Shown: piece after piece, positions 38,480-53,100 of the stretch | Numbering within the stretch: the stretch's first letter is position 1 | How the letters are laid out: each line of letters begins with the position of its first letter | Program-made: the position numbers and the translations under genes | The notes under the pieces: generated by a model | The model's input: only the letters and a program-made list of their open reading frames with translations | Databases searched by the model: none | Told to the model about the DNA's origin: nothing | Assembly (NCBI RefSeq): GCF_003918875.1 | Contig: NW_025767020.1 | Span: forward strand, 1 to 64,000 | From: Haliotis rubra | Taxonomy: Eukaryota | Direction: 5' to 3' | Length of the DNA stretch: 64,000 nucleotides

Positions 38480-41400
38480 GAGATGGGTGGTGTCTTTAAG
38501 ATTTACGGTTTACGTCGGCAGATTAGATTCAGGAGCATTAAATATTTGCTTGTCGACATTTTAATCTTCCTTCCTCATTGAACATAAAAATGAAAATTCA
38601 TTTCACAAAAGCAAAATGATTATTCCAGAGCACTATACATTCGCTATCCTTGAACGTTCGAAATTCCGTTGTCAGTTTTCATATCTTTCGGATATTTATT
38701 CTGACCACCAATATCCTATAAAATGACGACACATCCACATAAGGAACCAGCGTTGACTGGATTCGACACGGACATGACCAGGATAAACGTATAAGAGAGA
38801 TAAAACAAATGTTTGATGTGGCCGAGAGAAGCGCCCAAGGTCAACGTCAGGACATTGAGAAGCCACATCACAAAGTAAGGCTATTATTATACCGATCAAC
38901 TTCTTTTATTCTCAGTTCTCTTTGGCTTGATAATATCCATGACACTGATGAAAGCAGGACTCAGATCTTCTGAAAAAGTTGATATTAAAACAAACACTAA
39001 AGCTATTTCACATGGATTTAATAACCTGGTTAAAATCGGTAAAAATAATTGACCCAAGACCTTCCAAAAGGCTTAATACTTTTCATCTTATTCAATTAAC
39101 TGTAGAATAAATATTGCTTCTCTATTTCCGTGAAGGATGGTTTATGTCTGTTCTCGCTACGAAGAAACTGTTACAAGGGTGACCTTTTGTCCAAATATGA
39201 CCTTGAGTGAGTGAGTGAAACATTTGTGATGTAGGAGGTGAGGTGAGGTGAGGTGAAATTGGGTTTTACGTAGTGCTTGAGAATATTTCGCTCATATGAC
39301 GACGTGCATGCGTGTGTATGTGTATGTGCGGCTGCTTGTACTAGCCCAGACTGAAGCTGGTTTTATAGTGCTAGCCCACTGAGATACCATGCCGCAGTGA
39401 AGCATGAATACCCAACTCAGACACATTATACTGACTCCGAGCAGACCAGTCCTTGTTGTACCCATTAATGCCGAGCGCCAGGCAGGGACCAACAAGTACC
39501 ATATTTTAACGTCTTTTGGTATGACGCGGTCGGGGATCGAACCCGCGACCCTCCGCTCTCCAGGCGGACGCTCTAACCACTACACCGCGTAGGCGGTCTT
39601 GTGATGTAGGATCGATTCTTACATGAATTGAAAAGTCAAAATATGGTAATCTGGCCAAGAAGCTGAATTTGAGCTTCAAACATATCGATGGTTACGTATC
39701 GTTCAATAGCCGTCACAGAAATAAGGTAGCATGGCGAGAGTACCTTGTTTTTTGCACATAACTATTCAGAGAGATTCACCATGTCATGATACAAGGTGTT
39801 CAAGGAAAAGGGAGTGTATTCTTCTCTATCGGTAGAACCTGTCGCAGGTCAGTTGTTCACCAGAAAGCATACTGGAACAAGTGTGGTTTTGGAGAATGTT
39901 GACAAACCATCCGCTGTGGAATCTTGGATTCCAACTCAAGGACAGAGTGAGTGAGTTTAGTTTTACGCCACTTATAGCCAAATTCCAGCAACATCACGGC
40001 GGGGACACCAGAAATGGGCTTCACACATTGAACCATGTGGGGTATCCAACATGGGACTGTGACGTGACGAGCGAACGCTTTAATCACTAGGCTACAACCC
40101 CCCCCCCCCCTCAAGAACAGAGAACCCTTACCATTTTGAACGCTATTATAGTAGACATTGCAATCAGATATTAAATACAGTTTAAAGAAATTCTCACGTA
40201 GATGGCCATATTTTCGGTAACAATATGCCATTATGTCGAATGAATGTCTATTTTTTGCATTTATATGGGCACAGTATGTTTGTGTGTTTCCAACGGGACT
40301 TTAAGGTATTTGTTGGAATGGAAGTGGGCTTGTGTTTTATGGCTTCACTTAAGATGGATGGCCATTGTTTGACTGTTTGCCTGAAAAAAGATTGCTTCAT
40401 CTAAAAAAGTACAATCGTTATGATGCTAATTGGTGGGATAGAACTGCTTTCAGATTATTGGGGCTTTTCTTCCATAATTGCTCAGACGTGATATTTTATT
40501 GCATTTGGTGAAATACAACAGGGGAACGAAGACATATATTCATTGTTGTGTCACGACTTTTACACTAGGTATGGAATCGAATGCTTCCGTGTTGGAGAAA
40601 ATGATTGAAATTGTCAGATAAAAGTTATAGAGCAGAGGAACGCGGTTTTCTTTTGAATATCGGAAAACGTTCGACGTATTCAAGTGATGAATGTACTTTA
40701 TGTTCCCGTATTGATGCATAGGGTTCATGAATATAATTACCCCTCATCACCTGTCTTTGTTTCCCTTAAAGATGTGTAACAAGTCTTCTTAATCAGATAA
40801 TAAAATCATAGTCATATGTAGTTTGTAACAATAACTGTTGTTTCCGCTCTTTCTGGGCCATAAGACCTTTACTCTTCTACATCATTGTAATGATCTGAAG
40901 CATATTTATTTTTGAACCAACTACTCCCGTGTCTAGTGAATGAATGTAAATAATGTAACTCTTATTTGTAACTACATTACAGAGAACCCTATAAAATGTT
41001 ATATTTTGCGAACCTTGCCAATGACTATGAGCATTGCCAGTGACTGCGATATTCGACTTTGATGAGGTTAGAATGTCTCAATGTCTGAAAGCCAGGTTCT
41101 GAGAATACTCAGCATCCATATAAATGTCTGTATAGATGGATAACCCCGTATAACTGAAACCGCTTAAGTACGTCCAGTACACGAGTACGCTCAAATAGAC
41201 GAGTACCTTCTGACATTGCAGCAGGTCACGAAGTTAGGAAGGAATTACACAAAACGTAATTGCATCATTTCTCTTGGGTAAAAAGAGCACTTATGTATGT
41301 ACAGAAATCCGGTTATCAACTTGGGAATGGAACATTTCTTGTTTATTGAATAGACTTGTCTGTGGCTCTCGACGTGCCTTTGACTCGGACATTCTATTGG

Positions 41401-41635
41401 CTTCCCACCAGCAGTCTCCATTAACCCGCACACAATCCATTTTCTCAGTTTTGACATCACGTAATGCCCTGTAGGATTCCTGTATCCCCTGGTATCAAAC
41501 ACCGTTATACAAATCAGAAACCATCTTTTAGAGTTGGCGCTTCGGACATAATAGACATTGTCTGATATGTAATTAAACGACATTTAGTGAGTTACTGTGT
41601 GCAAGTGTATGTAATGTTTTTGTACCTTTATTACT
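38480..41635 (-). pseudogene. Paralog b (copy 2)
   Basis: Homologous to 5700-8480. Confidence 0.55.
39237..39598 (-). mobile_element. Full-length tRNA-derived SINE with Meta/MESC-like central domain
   Basis: A/B boxes, GTCATACCAAAAGACGTTAAAATATGGTAC core, (CACCT)n tail, 13-bp TSD ttgtgatgtagga; empty site at ~6450. Confidence 0.9.
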
Positions 41636-42959
41636 GAAATGAAAGCATTGTTACATGCCACTGCATTGATAAAAGGATTTAACAAGTCTTTCTCTCGCCT
41701 CTGGCAACGCAGGCAGTGAAAATAAATGAACCACAAGCTCATTCCAGTTAAATGATCAATAAGGGCTTTATAGATAAAGTGGACCTTAACTTTACTTCCT
41801 GGTGAAATGAACCTGATTTGCTTGAGTAAGCTTTAGTAACAAATGATTTTTCCCCATAATTTCAAATTCAAAGCTTTGTCGTCAATATTGTATCCACGTC
41901 GGGTTATCAAGGAAACGATGTTAAGATCAACTAACAGTCTCTAAAAGAAATGATCATCTTAGTACTTATAGTCCAAACGACTTTGTAAATAGTTTTCTTT
42001 TAATTGTTTTTAACGCCACTCTCAGCAATATTCCAGCTACACAGGCTTGGTTGTCAGTAATAGCATGACCAGACAATCCAGTGATCCTTGGTCCATGTGT
42101 ATTTCCGTATCAAGAGGGTGATGTCGAGGTGCAGATGGTAAGAGTGAGTGAGTAAGTTTAATTTTTCGCCGCGTTTACAACAATATTCCAGCAATATCAC
42201 GGCGGGTAACACCAGAATGGGCTTCACATTTTACCCATGGGGAATCGAACCCGGGTCTTCGGCGTGACAAGCGAACGCTTTAACCAGTGGAATACCCCAC
42301 CGCCCCCGCAGATGGTAAAGATCTGCGACACTCTCACAAAATATGACCATCTTTGTAGTATATGATGGAGGTATGTAAATAATTAAATCTGCACAAGACA
42401 ATCCAGTGATCAACAGCGTGAGCATCGATCTACACAACTTGGATACAACGACGTGTCAACCAAATCAGCGAACCTCATCACCTGATCGCGCTAGTCACAG
42501 TCATGGGTTGCTGAAGACCAATTCTAGCCAGGATCTTCACATGTCCATTATTATAACTGACTCATTAAAGAGTATGCTTTCATCGTAAACATACTGACCA
42601 CCTGCCAGTTATTCAATTCATTTAGTCGCCTCTTACGACAAGCATGGGCTGCTGAAGATCAGTTCTAGCCAGGATGTTCACGGGTGTACTTTTCTGACAT
42701 CAAGAGAGAAGTTTATATACATTTTGTCCAATCAATGATATTTAAAAATAGAACTGGTCTTCAGCAACTCATGCTTGTCGTAGGAGGCGACTCAGGGGAT
42801 CGGATGGTCAGGTTCGCCAACTTAATTGACACACGCTATCGTATCCCAGTACGCTTAGATTTGATGCTCGATTAACTGCTGATCACTGGATTGTTTGGTC
42901 TACCCTCGATTATTTATAGACCGGCGCCATATAGCTGGAATAAGTGCTGAGTGCTTACC

Positions 42960-45700
42960 AACTAACTATGCCTCTACACATGCTAGAACCATGCCAACAC
43001 CACGCCAGCCTTGAATGCCAGCACTAAAACCATACTTGCCACCAGCGCTTCCACATGCTAACTTACAGTTCACACATACGACTATCTCTCTCACACAGCA
43101 AGTCGTTACCATGCTTAGAAATCACATGTGCCTATACCTTTACTCGATTATATCACAGTCACCCAATATCCAGACAGTGTTGATCATGAGACTTTGATAC
43201 CTGGATTTATGAATTTTCTTTGGAAAGTAGTGTCGTACAACAAACAACTGACCCATGACATCTATCTCCGCAGTTATCAACGTTACGAGTGTCTAGAAGT
43301 AGATAGTTACGCAGGTCATGTTTACAACATATGATCATTAATCTGGAGATCACCATAAAATATCAGAAAATGTTCATTGGCATTCACTTTAAAGAAGCAG
43401 GTATAGTCTGTTTGCAGTGAAAACGTACCGATGAATTTCACTTTAAACAAAAAAGTAAATCAAATAAAGTGAAATTAAGACTGCGAATCCTCAAAGAATT
43501 TGCCTCGCTAACTGAACATTTAAAATCACAGAATTTTATTCATTGTAGGACAAAAGTTGTTTAACAAACGATCATACATTCAAATCGCTATTATTGGTTT
43601 GAATTAGAAGGGGGTGAGCGCAGTAGATGGAACAGTGAAAAAAATGCACGTGCGGTTCGTGATGAGCGTTAACTTAGGGCAACTCTACTTGTTCTCAATG
43701 TTTCATTTAATGTGCATACACCCTTGCAATACAAACCAATAATAGCGATTTGAAACTATGATCGTTTGTTAAACAACTTTTATCCTAAATTGAATAAAAT
43801 TCTGAGATTTAAATGGTCAGTTGGCAAGGTAAAATTATGAGGATTCGCAATCTTAATTTCATCTTATTCGATTTACTTTTTTGTTTAAATTGACATTCAT
43901 CGGTACGTTTTCAATGCAAACAGACTATAGCTTATGTAGTTTCCAAACCAATATGGCCGTTACAGGTGCAGTATTGACTCAACCTGTGTGGTCCCATGGT
44001 TCAACAGTTTGACTTACGCTTGGAACTTTCGTGAATACATGGCACATGATGACTCAAGGTTCTTTACGTTCAGACAGTGTTTGGTGGTTTGAAATGTCAA
44101 GAACTGTTCTGACAGTCAATACGCAAGAGAAATTATATCATTGTCAGAACAAAAAATGTGGTTTAGGTTTGGACGATGGTCTTGACGATGGTCTTGACGA
44201 TGGTCTTGACACTGTGTCTGCAAGCTTGTTCGTAACATATGTTTACACAGTTGAAGCAAGGTTGATTCTGGAAGGTTATATATAAACTTCTCTAACGCAT
44301 GTCAATGTTTTGAGGCGAATATGGACTGCCATGCATCAAGTTCGTGAGTGTGTTGGACCGTTTTGAACAAATGACGAAAATCATAAAGGTTTGAAGTACA
44401 AAAACTCAAATCCCGAGGATAATGAAAGTGGGGTCAAAATTAGGATTCTAACAACAGAACTGCGAGTTCTATTATTGCTGAGGAACCGTGCACACTGTGT
44501 GTCGCCTGAAACCCACAGGTCACCGTGTTCCAATACCACCTCTTCAGGAAAGCACAGGGCAGACATGGAGGCTAACAAGCGACTAATGGGGCGTTTACAT
44601 GGTGTTCCAATCATAGATTAACTCTGACATCAGGAGCCAGATGAATTTTCATGTTGCTTGGTATTCCTCTAAGGGATGTCAATGGCCGAAATTGCGAGAA
44701 GTACGACATAATGTAACCAGGTCCTGTTGTCGTGCAATGTCACTTCTGTCTGAAAGACGACAAGTTAGATCAGCGACGTGAAACGAATTGTTACATCATT
44801 GTATGCACAAATTTAATTTTGGGAAGCCAGGATCAGCGGTCACTGTCAATGTCACTGGCATGGCTGAAAACGACACCCTTTATTGCAAATTCCGTCTCTC
44901 TAAAGCCTTGCTCGCCTGTGAATTAATGGCTTCTATTAAATAAAGACAACATGGGGAGTAACAAGTAGCAATGTAGCGCTCAGTTAGTATTTCAAAGACA
45001 GATGAACTCTGACTTTAGTAGACAAATGATTTTTTCTAGCAGGAAGGCGTTAACCATGCATGCCAATGTCCATGAACGTATCTGTGAGCTATACGAACAA
45101 TTTACCCAGTTGTAGTGCAACGTTATTTCTGTCTGAAAGATGTCCAGTTCGATCAACAACCTCAAACGAATTGACAACAAGGTTGATATGATGTGTGCTG
45201 AATGTAGTAGTTCTCGGTTTCAATAGACGCCTTGACGTAATGGTGACTTGTGCAAAAATATGATGTTGTCTTTGTGATTAGGAAACCAGTAACTACCCGA
45301 TTGAGGAACCCAGCAATATTCCAACTATATGGAGGAGGTCTGTAAATGATCGAGTCTGGACCAAACAATCCAATGATCAATCTACGCAACTGGGATACAA
45401 TGACATGTGTCAACCAAGTCAGCGAGCTTGACCACCCGATCCCGTTTGTCGCCTCTTATGACAAGCATGGGTTACGAAAGACCAATTCTAACCCGGATCT
45501 TCACGGTTCAACAGCATTTGATCGAGTAATGGAACAGCAGTTGAGAATGGCGGTAATCCATCCTGCTCCGACTGCTATATTGAACAAATCTCTTTTCCCT
45601 TTAGATGGCAGATTTTGTGGTGTGACCAGTGCAAGCACATGAGAGACAAAAATATACAGCTAGAGATTTGCCATCAGTGAGTGCTTTACCCTTGTTCGTG
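42960..45700 (-). pseudogene. Paralog c (most complete copy)
   Basis: Extra N-terminal LRR-like LRLLIELDIFQTEI and hydrophobic LYIFVSHVLALV; SINE at 45310-45506 and MITE at 43404-43927 inserted. Confidence 0.55.
43404..43927. mobile_element. Foldback-type MITE with ~210-bp imperfect inverted arms
   Basis: tagtctgtttgcagtgaaaacgtaccgatga..tcatcggtacgttttcaatgcaaacagacta; TA TSD; empty sites at ~10317 and ~23194. Confidence 0.92.
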
Positions 45701-46129
45701 CCACGCCCCCAATACAACCCCAAAAGTATTTTCCGTTAATGGAATGACAATGACAAGCATGTCCTGTGTCTACGTGACAACGTACAACTAGACTTGCTTC
45801 ATTGTGTCTTTTCAACTTCAGTAAAGGGCAGAGCGGAAGAGGACATGCCATGGACTGTGACATATACTACGTAATATCATTTGTTACTGGTTGACATGAC
45901 ATGCTTACCCTTTCTGAGAACACCTGGTGTCATCACTGATTTTTAGTGATCCATTCACATAATTTTCAAAGCTATTTCTCCCTTTACAGCAAAGAGAAGT
46001 TGTTTCTGAGGGTAGTCAATACTGGGAATTCTTTTGCACTGACGTTTTATACGTGCATAAATGCATGCTGTTACTGAGTCAGTACACATGTGTAAGTGGT
46101 CCGGTTTTGTCCATAGTCTTTGATCGTAC

Positions 46130-48913
46130 ATTTCCTGTGACAGAGATGAGAATATGATGATCCTACTGATCTGTTACGGTTATAAAGTCGGTGAAGTTTT
46201 CAACGCCTTGTCAGATATGACTATTGATATTTCATACCCTTTCCAATTTCACCTACTATTGAATAATTAGCTTCATGTACTTGAGCTTGGGGTGATTCAT
46301 ATGAACAGGTGCAATTAATAATACAGACATCACGTATTTGCTTACAGTCTGATATCCAGACTTGTTATGACATTCTGATAATGCAAGCTGCACGCTGTAC
46401 AACGTGTGCAGTGCAACCATCAATAGATAGAATCAATGAGGGACGTATGCAGTTATCAACGTTATTCAGCTCTCTAATACCTAAACAACTCACGTTGACA
46501 AAACGTAAGATTAGTCTGAGGCCAGATGAAAATGGGAAAGGTTAATTAACTGATGCATCTTGGCTGGTTATTATCCATATTGACGAAATGTCCAATGTCG
46601 TGTTTTAAATGAGTATGAATCACCCATACAGCGATGGTCTAGTCAGAGTGGACATGAACTGTTCGGCAAGTTAGACATCGAAGATTTAAGTTATTTACTC
46701 AGTTGCATATGAGCCATGTGTCATATGTTATTCTGATGCCTAAGGAGTTTTAATGAACAATGATATGGAGGCATATGCCTGTGATATTGATTCGGAAAGA
46801 GAAGAGGATTCAGTGACAGTATTGAGAAGTATAGGCGAGAAACCCCTTCGATAATCACTTGAGATATCTGCAAAAAGCACATGTTATTGTACCATAAGCA
46901 TGTGTTCAGAGTGTTCAGAGAGAGAGGTGGGCTTAATTTGCACCACAGGGTCCAGTCATCACTTAAGCCGTTTAAAACATCTGTCTGCAACAGGAGCTAA
47001 AAGAGTCAAATGGTTCGAAAAATTAAAACAAACAAAAGTAATTTAATCTCACATGCAGACAGTCAACAGGAACGACGAGGCAATGTTTAGTTAAAATATT
47101 GACCAAAGAGACTGCATCTTTTCAAAGTTCCAAAAGCAACATTGAAGTCCAATTTCCCTGAGAGTGTTCAAGAAATGCCCATGAAACTGAAGAAATGAGC
47201 ATCAGTGATATACAAGTATGCATACACGCCATCCAGACAGTCATTGTATTCACTATAATGATGCTTTTCACTTCATGGGGCTATTTTAAAGTCTAACAGT
47301 GGTTCAAAGACTTCAAGATCCCTAGAGACGCTTCCATGAAGATTTCGATCGCCAATAACCTATTCACATTTTGCGCGCCTGACACCATCATCGTCGGTTG
47401 AAATTCCAGATTTTTCCTCATCATAAAGAAGTATTTTTAACAAAGGTATCCTCTTCCAAAAAAGAGACGCAGATGCGGGTTTCAGATGTATACTTTATGT
47501 ATTATATAGCAATCAACAGATCACGATAAAGTGTTCAAATTTGGCTGAAGTCATTGTCAAACAATTCAATCTGTCATGAGGTTGTGGTCAAGGATTCAAG
47601 GAATAATGGCAATGACATTAATGACCTATTTATATGTCTGAATGCAGACATGCTTCAAGTCATATTCAGGATTGACATTGTCGATGGAGTCAACGGATGA
47701 TGTAGTTAGGATGGATTCCATGAGGGTTACAGTGCTACTCAGAAATGCCCTCAACGTTCATTATTTAGATACTTCTGTTCATTGAAGACACGGTCCCCAA
47801 CAACTCTTAGTCTGAACTCGGTGACATTGTGTTCAAGTCAATAATGGTTTGTGACGCAGGACGCGAAAAACAACTATCTCCTCTATAACACCTCACTGGG
47901 GTCAGATGAAGTCTGGCATCACGTTTTAAAACAGTGTCAACCTCTGCAGTAAATCTATGTGGTCAATATGTAGTGAGTTGGTATTTGTTCATATCTGAAA
48001 AAGTAACTTCAGTCAAAAGTCCCAACAGTGTTTTTGAGCTTTCAACAGATTTGTCCTGGATTCACAGCCCCATTTAAATCAGTACAAAGAGTGAGTGTGA
48101 GTGAGTTTGATTTACGCTGCTTTTAGCGATATCACGACCGGGGTCACCAGAAATAGGCTTCACACACTGTAGATCGTACCCATGTTGGGAATGGAACCCG
48201 GGCCTTCGGCGTGACGAGCGAACGCTTTAACCACTTGGCTACCCCACCGCCCCCTGTACACATAGAGCTATGCTATTAGGTTCAGCCACCGATTCAGTGC
48301 CTCGAAGATTAAATATAATCCTTAACAGTGTCAATGAAGGAATTACTTTGTAATCATAGAGATTATTTCATAAGTTGAATCAATAGCATGTTGATTTCCG
48401 GAAGGACTTGCTTGAGGTTTTACAATTTCTGACATGGACCAAGCTCTTGACTTTTCAAGTTACTACATCAACTTTCCCACACAAACGATTAACCTCATTC
48501 CCTGACCCATGGGTATTGGTTAAAAAACTTGATGAGGATGGATATGGTTACACCAGTAGTGGTTCATGTCAATGTCAAAAATGAAAGCAAATGCCAGTCT
48601 GGTTTTCTGAGACATCTTGCTAAATGCTGGATCTGAAATTTGGGGATAAAACATTCAGACCAAAGATTGGAATCCTCATGTGCTTTACTTGTGCTCCGCA
48701 ATAGCGGATCTGTTTCTTTATGGATAGGAGTCAGAAGTTTTGCTTGGGTCTGCAAAATCAGAACAAGGTAATGTAACAATAAAGGTCAAATGCTTAATGG
48801 ATGACAACCTCTTTATCACATCATGTCAAACAATATTCCAACAGCTCCAAGCTTTGGTGTTCCCAAATTTTATGGTACAATTAAGTTTGCTCATTTTATC
48901 AACATTTCAAAGA
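46130..48913 (-). pseudogene. Paralog d (copy 3, C-terminal part)
   Basis: Homologous to 24260-27192; shared SINE at 48089-48254. Confidence 0.6.
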
Positions 48914-48914
48914 G

Positions 48915-51565
48915 CATTTCTCAATGAACATAACAATCAAAATTCATTTCACAAAAGCAAAATGATTATTCCAGAGCACTATACATTCGTTATCCTTGAA
49001 AGCTCCAATTCAGTTGGATATTTATTCTGACCACCAATATCCTATAAAATGATGACACAACCACGTAAGGAACCAACAATGACTAGATTCGACACGGGCA
49101 TGGCCAGGATAAATATATGAGAGCGTTAAAACAAATGTTGGATGTGGCCGAGAGATGCGCCCAAGATCAACGTCAGGACACTGAGAAGCCACATCACAAA
49201 GTAAGGCTATTATTACACCGATCAACTGCTTTTATTCTCAATTCTCCTTGGATTGATAATATCCGCGACACTGCAAAGCAGACTCACATCTTCGGAAAAA
49301 GTTGATATTAAAACAAACATTAAAGCTATGTATTTCACATGGATTGAATAACTTGTTTAAAATCGATAAAAATAATTGACCCAACACCTTCCAAAAGGCC
49401 AAATACTTTTCATCTTATTCAATTAACTGAAGAATAAATATTGCTTCTCTACGTCCGTGAGGGAGGGTTTATGTCTATTCTCGCCACGAAGAAACTGTTA
49501 AAAGGGAGACCTTTTGTCCAAATATGTCCTTGAGTGAGTTAGTGAAAAATTTTGTGGCCAAGAAGTGTAATTTTGAGCTTTAGACATATCGATGGTTTCA
49601 TATCGTTCAATAGCCACCACAGAAATAAGGTAAGATAGCGAGAGTACCTTGTCTTTTGCACATAACTATTCAGAGAGATTCACCAAGTCATGATACAAGG
49701 TGTTCAAGGAAAAGTGAGTGTATTCTCCTCTATCGGTAGAACCTGTCGCAGGTCAGTTGTTCACCAGAAAGCATACTGGAACAAATGTGGTTTGGGAGAG
49801 TGTTGACAAACCATCCGCGGTGGAATCTTGGATTCCAACTCAAGGACAGAGTGAGTGAGTTTATTTTTACGCCGCTTATAGCAATATTCCAGCAATATCA
49901 CGGCGGGGACACCAGAAATGGGCTTCACACATTGAACCATGTGGGGGATCGAACATTGGACTGTGACGTGACGAGCGAACGCTTTAATCACTAGGCTACA
50001 CCACCACCCCTCAAGAACAGAGAACCCTTACCATTTTGAACGATATTATAGCAGACATTGCAATCAGATATTAAAAACAGTTTAAAGAAATTCTCACGTA
50101 GATGGCCATATTTTCGGTAACAATATGCCATTATGTCGAATGAATGTCTATTTTTTGCATTTGTATGGGCACAGTATGTTTGCGTGTTTCCAACGGGACT
50201 TTAAGGTATTTGTTCGAATGGAAGTGGGCTTGTGTTGTATGGCTTCACTTAAGATGGATGGCCATTGTTTGACTGTTTGCCTGAAAAAAGATTGCTTCAT
50301 CTAAAAAAATACAATCGTTATGATGCTAATTGGTGGGATAGAACTGCTTTCAGATTATTGGGGCTTTTCTTCCATAACTGCTCAGACGTGATATTTTATT
50401 GCATTTGGTGAAAGACAACAGGGGAACGAAGACATATTTTCATTGTTGTGTCACGACTTTTACACTAGGTATGGAATCGAATGCTTCCGTGTTGGAGAAA
50501 ATGATTGAAATTGTCAGATAAAAGTTATAGAGCAGAGGAACGCGGTTTTCTTTTGAATATCGGAAAATGTTCGACGTATTCAATTGATGAATGTACTTTA
50601 TTTGTTGAGTAATTGGCCAGTATGTTCCAGTATTGAACCATAGGGTTCATGAATATAATTACCCCTCATCACCTGTCTTTGTTTCCCTTAAAGACTTGTA
50701 ACAAGTCTTCTTAATCGAATAATAAAATCATAGTCATATGTAGTTTGTAACAATAACTGTTGTTTCCGCTCTTTCTGGGCCATAAGACCTTTACTCTTCT
50801 ACATCATTATAATGATCTGAAGCATATTTATTTTTGAACCAACTACTCCCGTGTCTAGTGAATGAATGTAAATAATGTAACTCTTATTTGTACCTACATT
50901 ACAGAGAACCCTATAAAAAGTTATGTTTTGCGAACCTTGCCAATGACTATGAGCATTGCCAGTGACTGCGATATTCGCCTTCGATGAGGTTAGAATGGTT
51001 CATTGTCTGAAAGCCAGGTTCTGAGAATACTCAGCATCCATATAAATGCCTGTATAGATGGATAACCCCGTATAACTGAAACCACTTAAGTACGTCCAGT
51101 ACACGAGTCCCATCTGACATAGCAGCAGGTCACGAAGTTCTTTTTCTTCTTTGTTGGATGAAAGAAGAAAGGAATTACACAAAACGTAATTGCATCATTT
51201 TATCTGGGGTAAAAAGATCACTTATGTATGTACAGAAATCCGGTTATCAACATGGGAATGGAACATTTCTTGTTTATTGAATAGACTTGTCTGTGGCTCT
51301 CGACGTGCCTTTGACTCGGACATTCTATTGGCTTCCCACCAGCAGTCTCCATTAACCCAAACACAATCCATTTTCTCAGTTTTGACATCACGTAATTTCC
51401 TGAAGGATTCCTGTATCCCCTGGTATAATACACCGTTTTACAAATCAGAAACCATCTTTTAGAGTCGGTGCTTCGCACATAATAGACATTGCCTGATATA
51501 TATTTAAACGACATTTAGTGAGTCACTGCGTGCAAGTGTATATAATGTTTTGGTACCTTCATTAC
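48915..51565 (-). pseudogene. Paralog b (copy 3), nested within paralog d
   Basis: Homologous to 5790-8480 and 38575-41635. Confidence 0.6.
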
Positions 51566-51875
51566 TGAAATGAAAGCATTGTTACATGCCACTGCATTGA
51601 TAAAACGATTTAACAAGTCTTTCCCTAGCCATTGGCAACGCAGGCAGTGAAAATAAATGAAACTCTAGCGCATTCCAGTTAAATGATCCATAATTGATAG
51701 ATAAAGTGGACCTTAACTTTACTTCCTGGTGAAATGAACCTGATTTCAGTGCAGAAGTCAGTTTCAGTAAGAAACAAAAAGTATACTTTGTTCAAATATA
51801 AAGCTTCATCATCAATATGATGACAATGTGTCCACCAAGTCAGCGAGCCTGACTTTTCGATCCTACCCGATCCTA

Positions 51876-52002
51876 TGTGCTGGCGATTAGGTGCCTGACT
51901 CTGAGGGTGTGGGTTCGAATCCCGGATGGGACTCAACGCAACAAAAGCACTAGAATCTGTACTTTACTTAGAAAGTGTAATCCCAAATATAACATATGTT
52001 AC
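51876..52002 (+). mobile_element. Third tRNA-like SINE inserted in a family-2 SINE
   Basis: GGTTCGAATCCC B box; TSD acccgatcct. Confidence 0.7.
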
Positions 52003-52369
52003 ACCCGATCCTTTTAGCCACCACTTGCGACAAGCATATGTTGCTAACCTGGATCTTCACTGGTGAAGTTAATCAAGAAATTTAATTTATTATAATTAGT
52101 TTCTCGTGTATCTGTTACCGTTAAATAACAATCAGTTCCCTTCCACGTATTTACCCAATCGGAATAGAATTAAAGGCGACTATTGAAATAGGTTCATGTC
52201 TTTCACATTTAGTTCTCTGCATATTGACTCCGTTCCACAAGTCTACGTTACAAGCTGGATGACTTCACCCTCAACAGCTCAAGCCTGTTTCCAAGGTACA
52301 ATTTACCATGCTCTCTTTATCAAAAGCCTTACTTGCAACTAATTATTTTGGGTTATACCATTCCCGTTT

Positions 52370-53100
52370 TTAAGGTGGACAATTGACAAGCTTTTTTGTT
52401 TATGACAGGTGCTTTGGTTGGACAGGATACGTTTACCTTTTCGCGAACTCCTGGAATCATAACTATTTGACACTGATTCATAAAGATATGCTAATGATAT
52501 TGTCGGAATTGTATAATCGACTGTGCTTATACAAGAGATTTCGTATAGTTGTGCCAAACTGACTGACTGAGTTTGGTTTTACGCCGCTTTTAGCAATATT
52601 CCAGCAATATCACGGCGGGGGACACCAGAAATGGGCTTAACACATTGTGCCCATGTGGGGAATCGAACCCGGGTCTTCGGCGTGACGAAGATGTGCCAAA
52701 GGTTCTCTCGCTTTTATTGATATAAACTGCTTGTGTAAGAAAATGAATCCCATTAAATCGAAAATATCACATATATATGTCATAATCGGCGCTGATGTAA
52801 ACGAGATACATGGTTTAATGATCGCCATGTCTAGACAGAATTATGGCGGGTCACCGAAGACGATCACATAAGATGTGAATCTTTTATATAGTAGATATGT
52901 AACGGGAAACCATTGGAAACTGTCACCACATTGTTACGGACATGAATAACTTGTAATGTACGACTCAACAGACTGATGAGTTGCTGACACCAGAAGGAAC
53001 AATGCAATACTGTTGGACGATATAATTAGGAGAGAAACGAACATGAGGACTTTGCAAAATGCAAATGCATTGATAACAAGACTCCTGCCGCTCCATCATG
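52370..53100 (-). pseudogene. Paralog d (copy 3, N-terminal part)
   Basis: Homologous to 27370-27973; private SINE at 52559-52690 with TSD tgtgccaaa. Confidence 0.6.

Larger units (their letters stand above)
36180..44250 (+). repeat. Segmental duplicate of 1-10610
   Basis: Collinear similarity; lacks the LINE, has an ~1.3-kb deletion in paralog a, and carries a private SINE and MITE. Confidence 0.93.

Noticed and set aside
44391-44621. Plus-strand LRVLLL..CVSPETHR as an LRR-CT
   Set aside because: Antisense to the minus-strand paralog c, whose domain order is coherent; likely coincidence.
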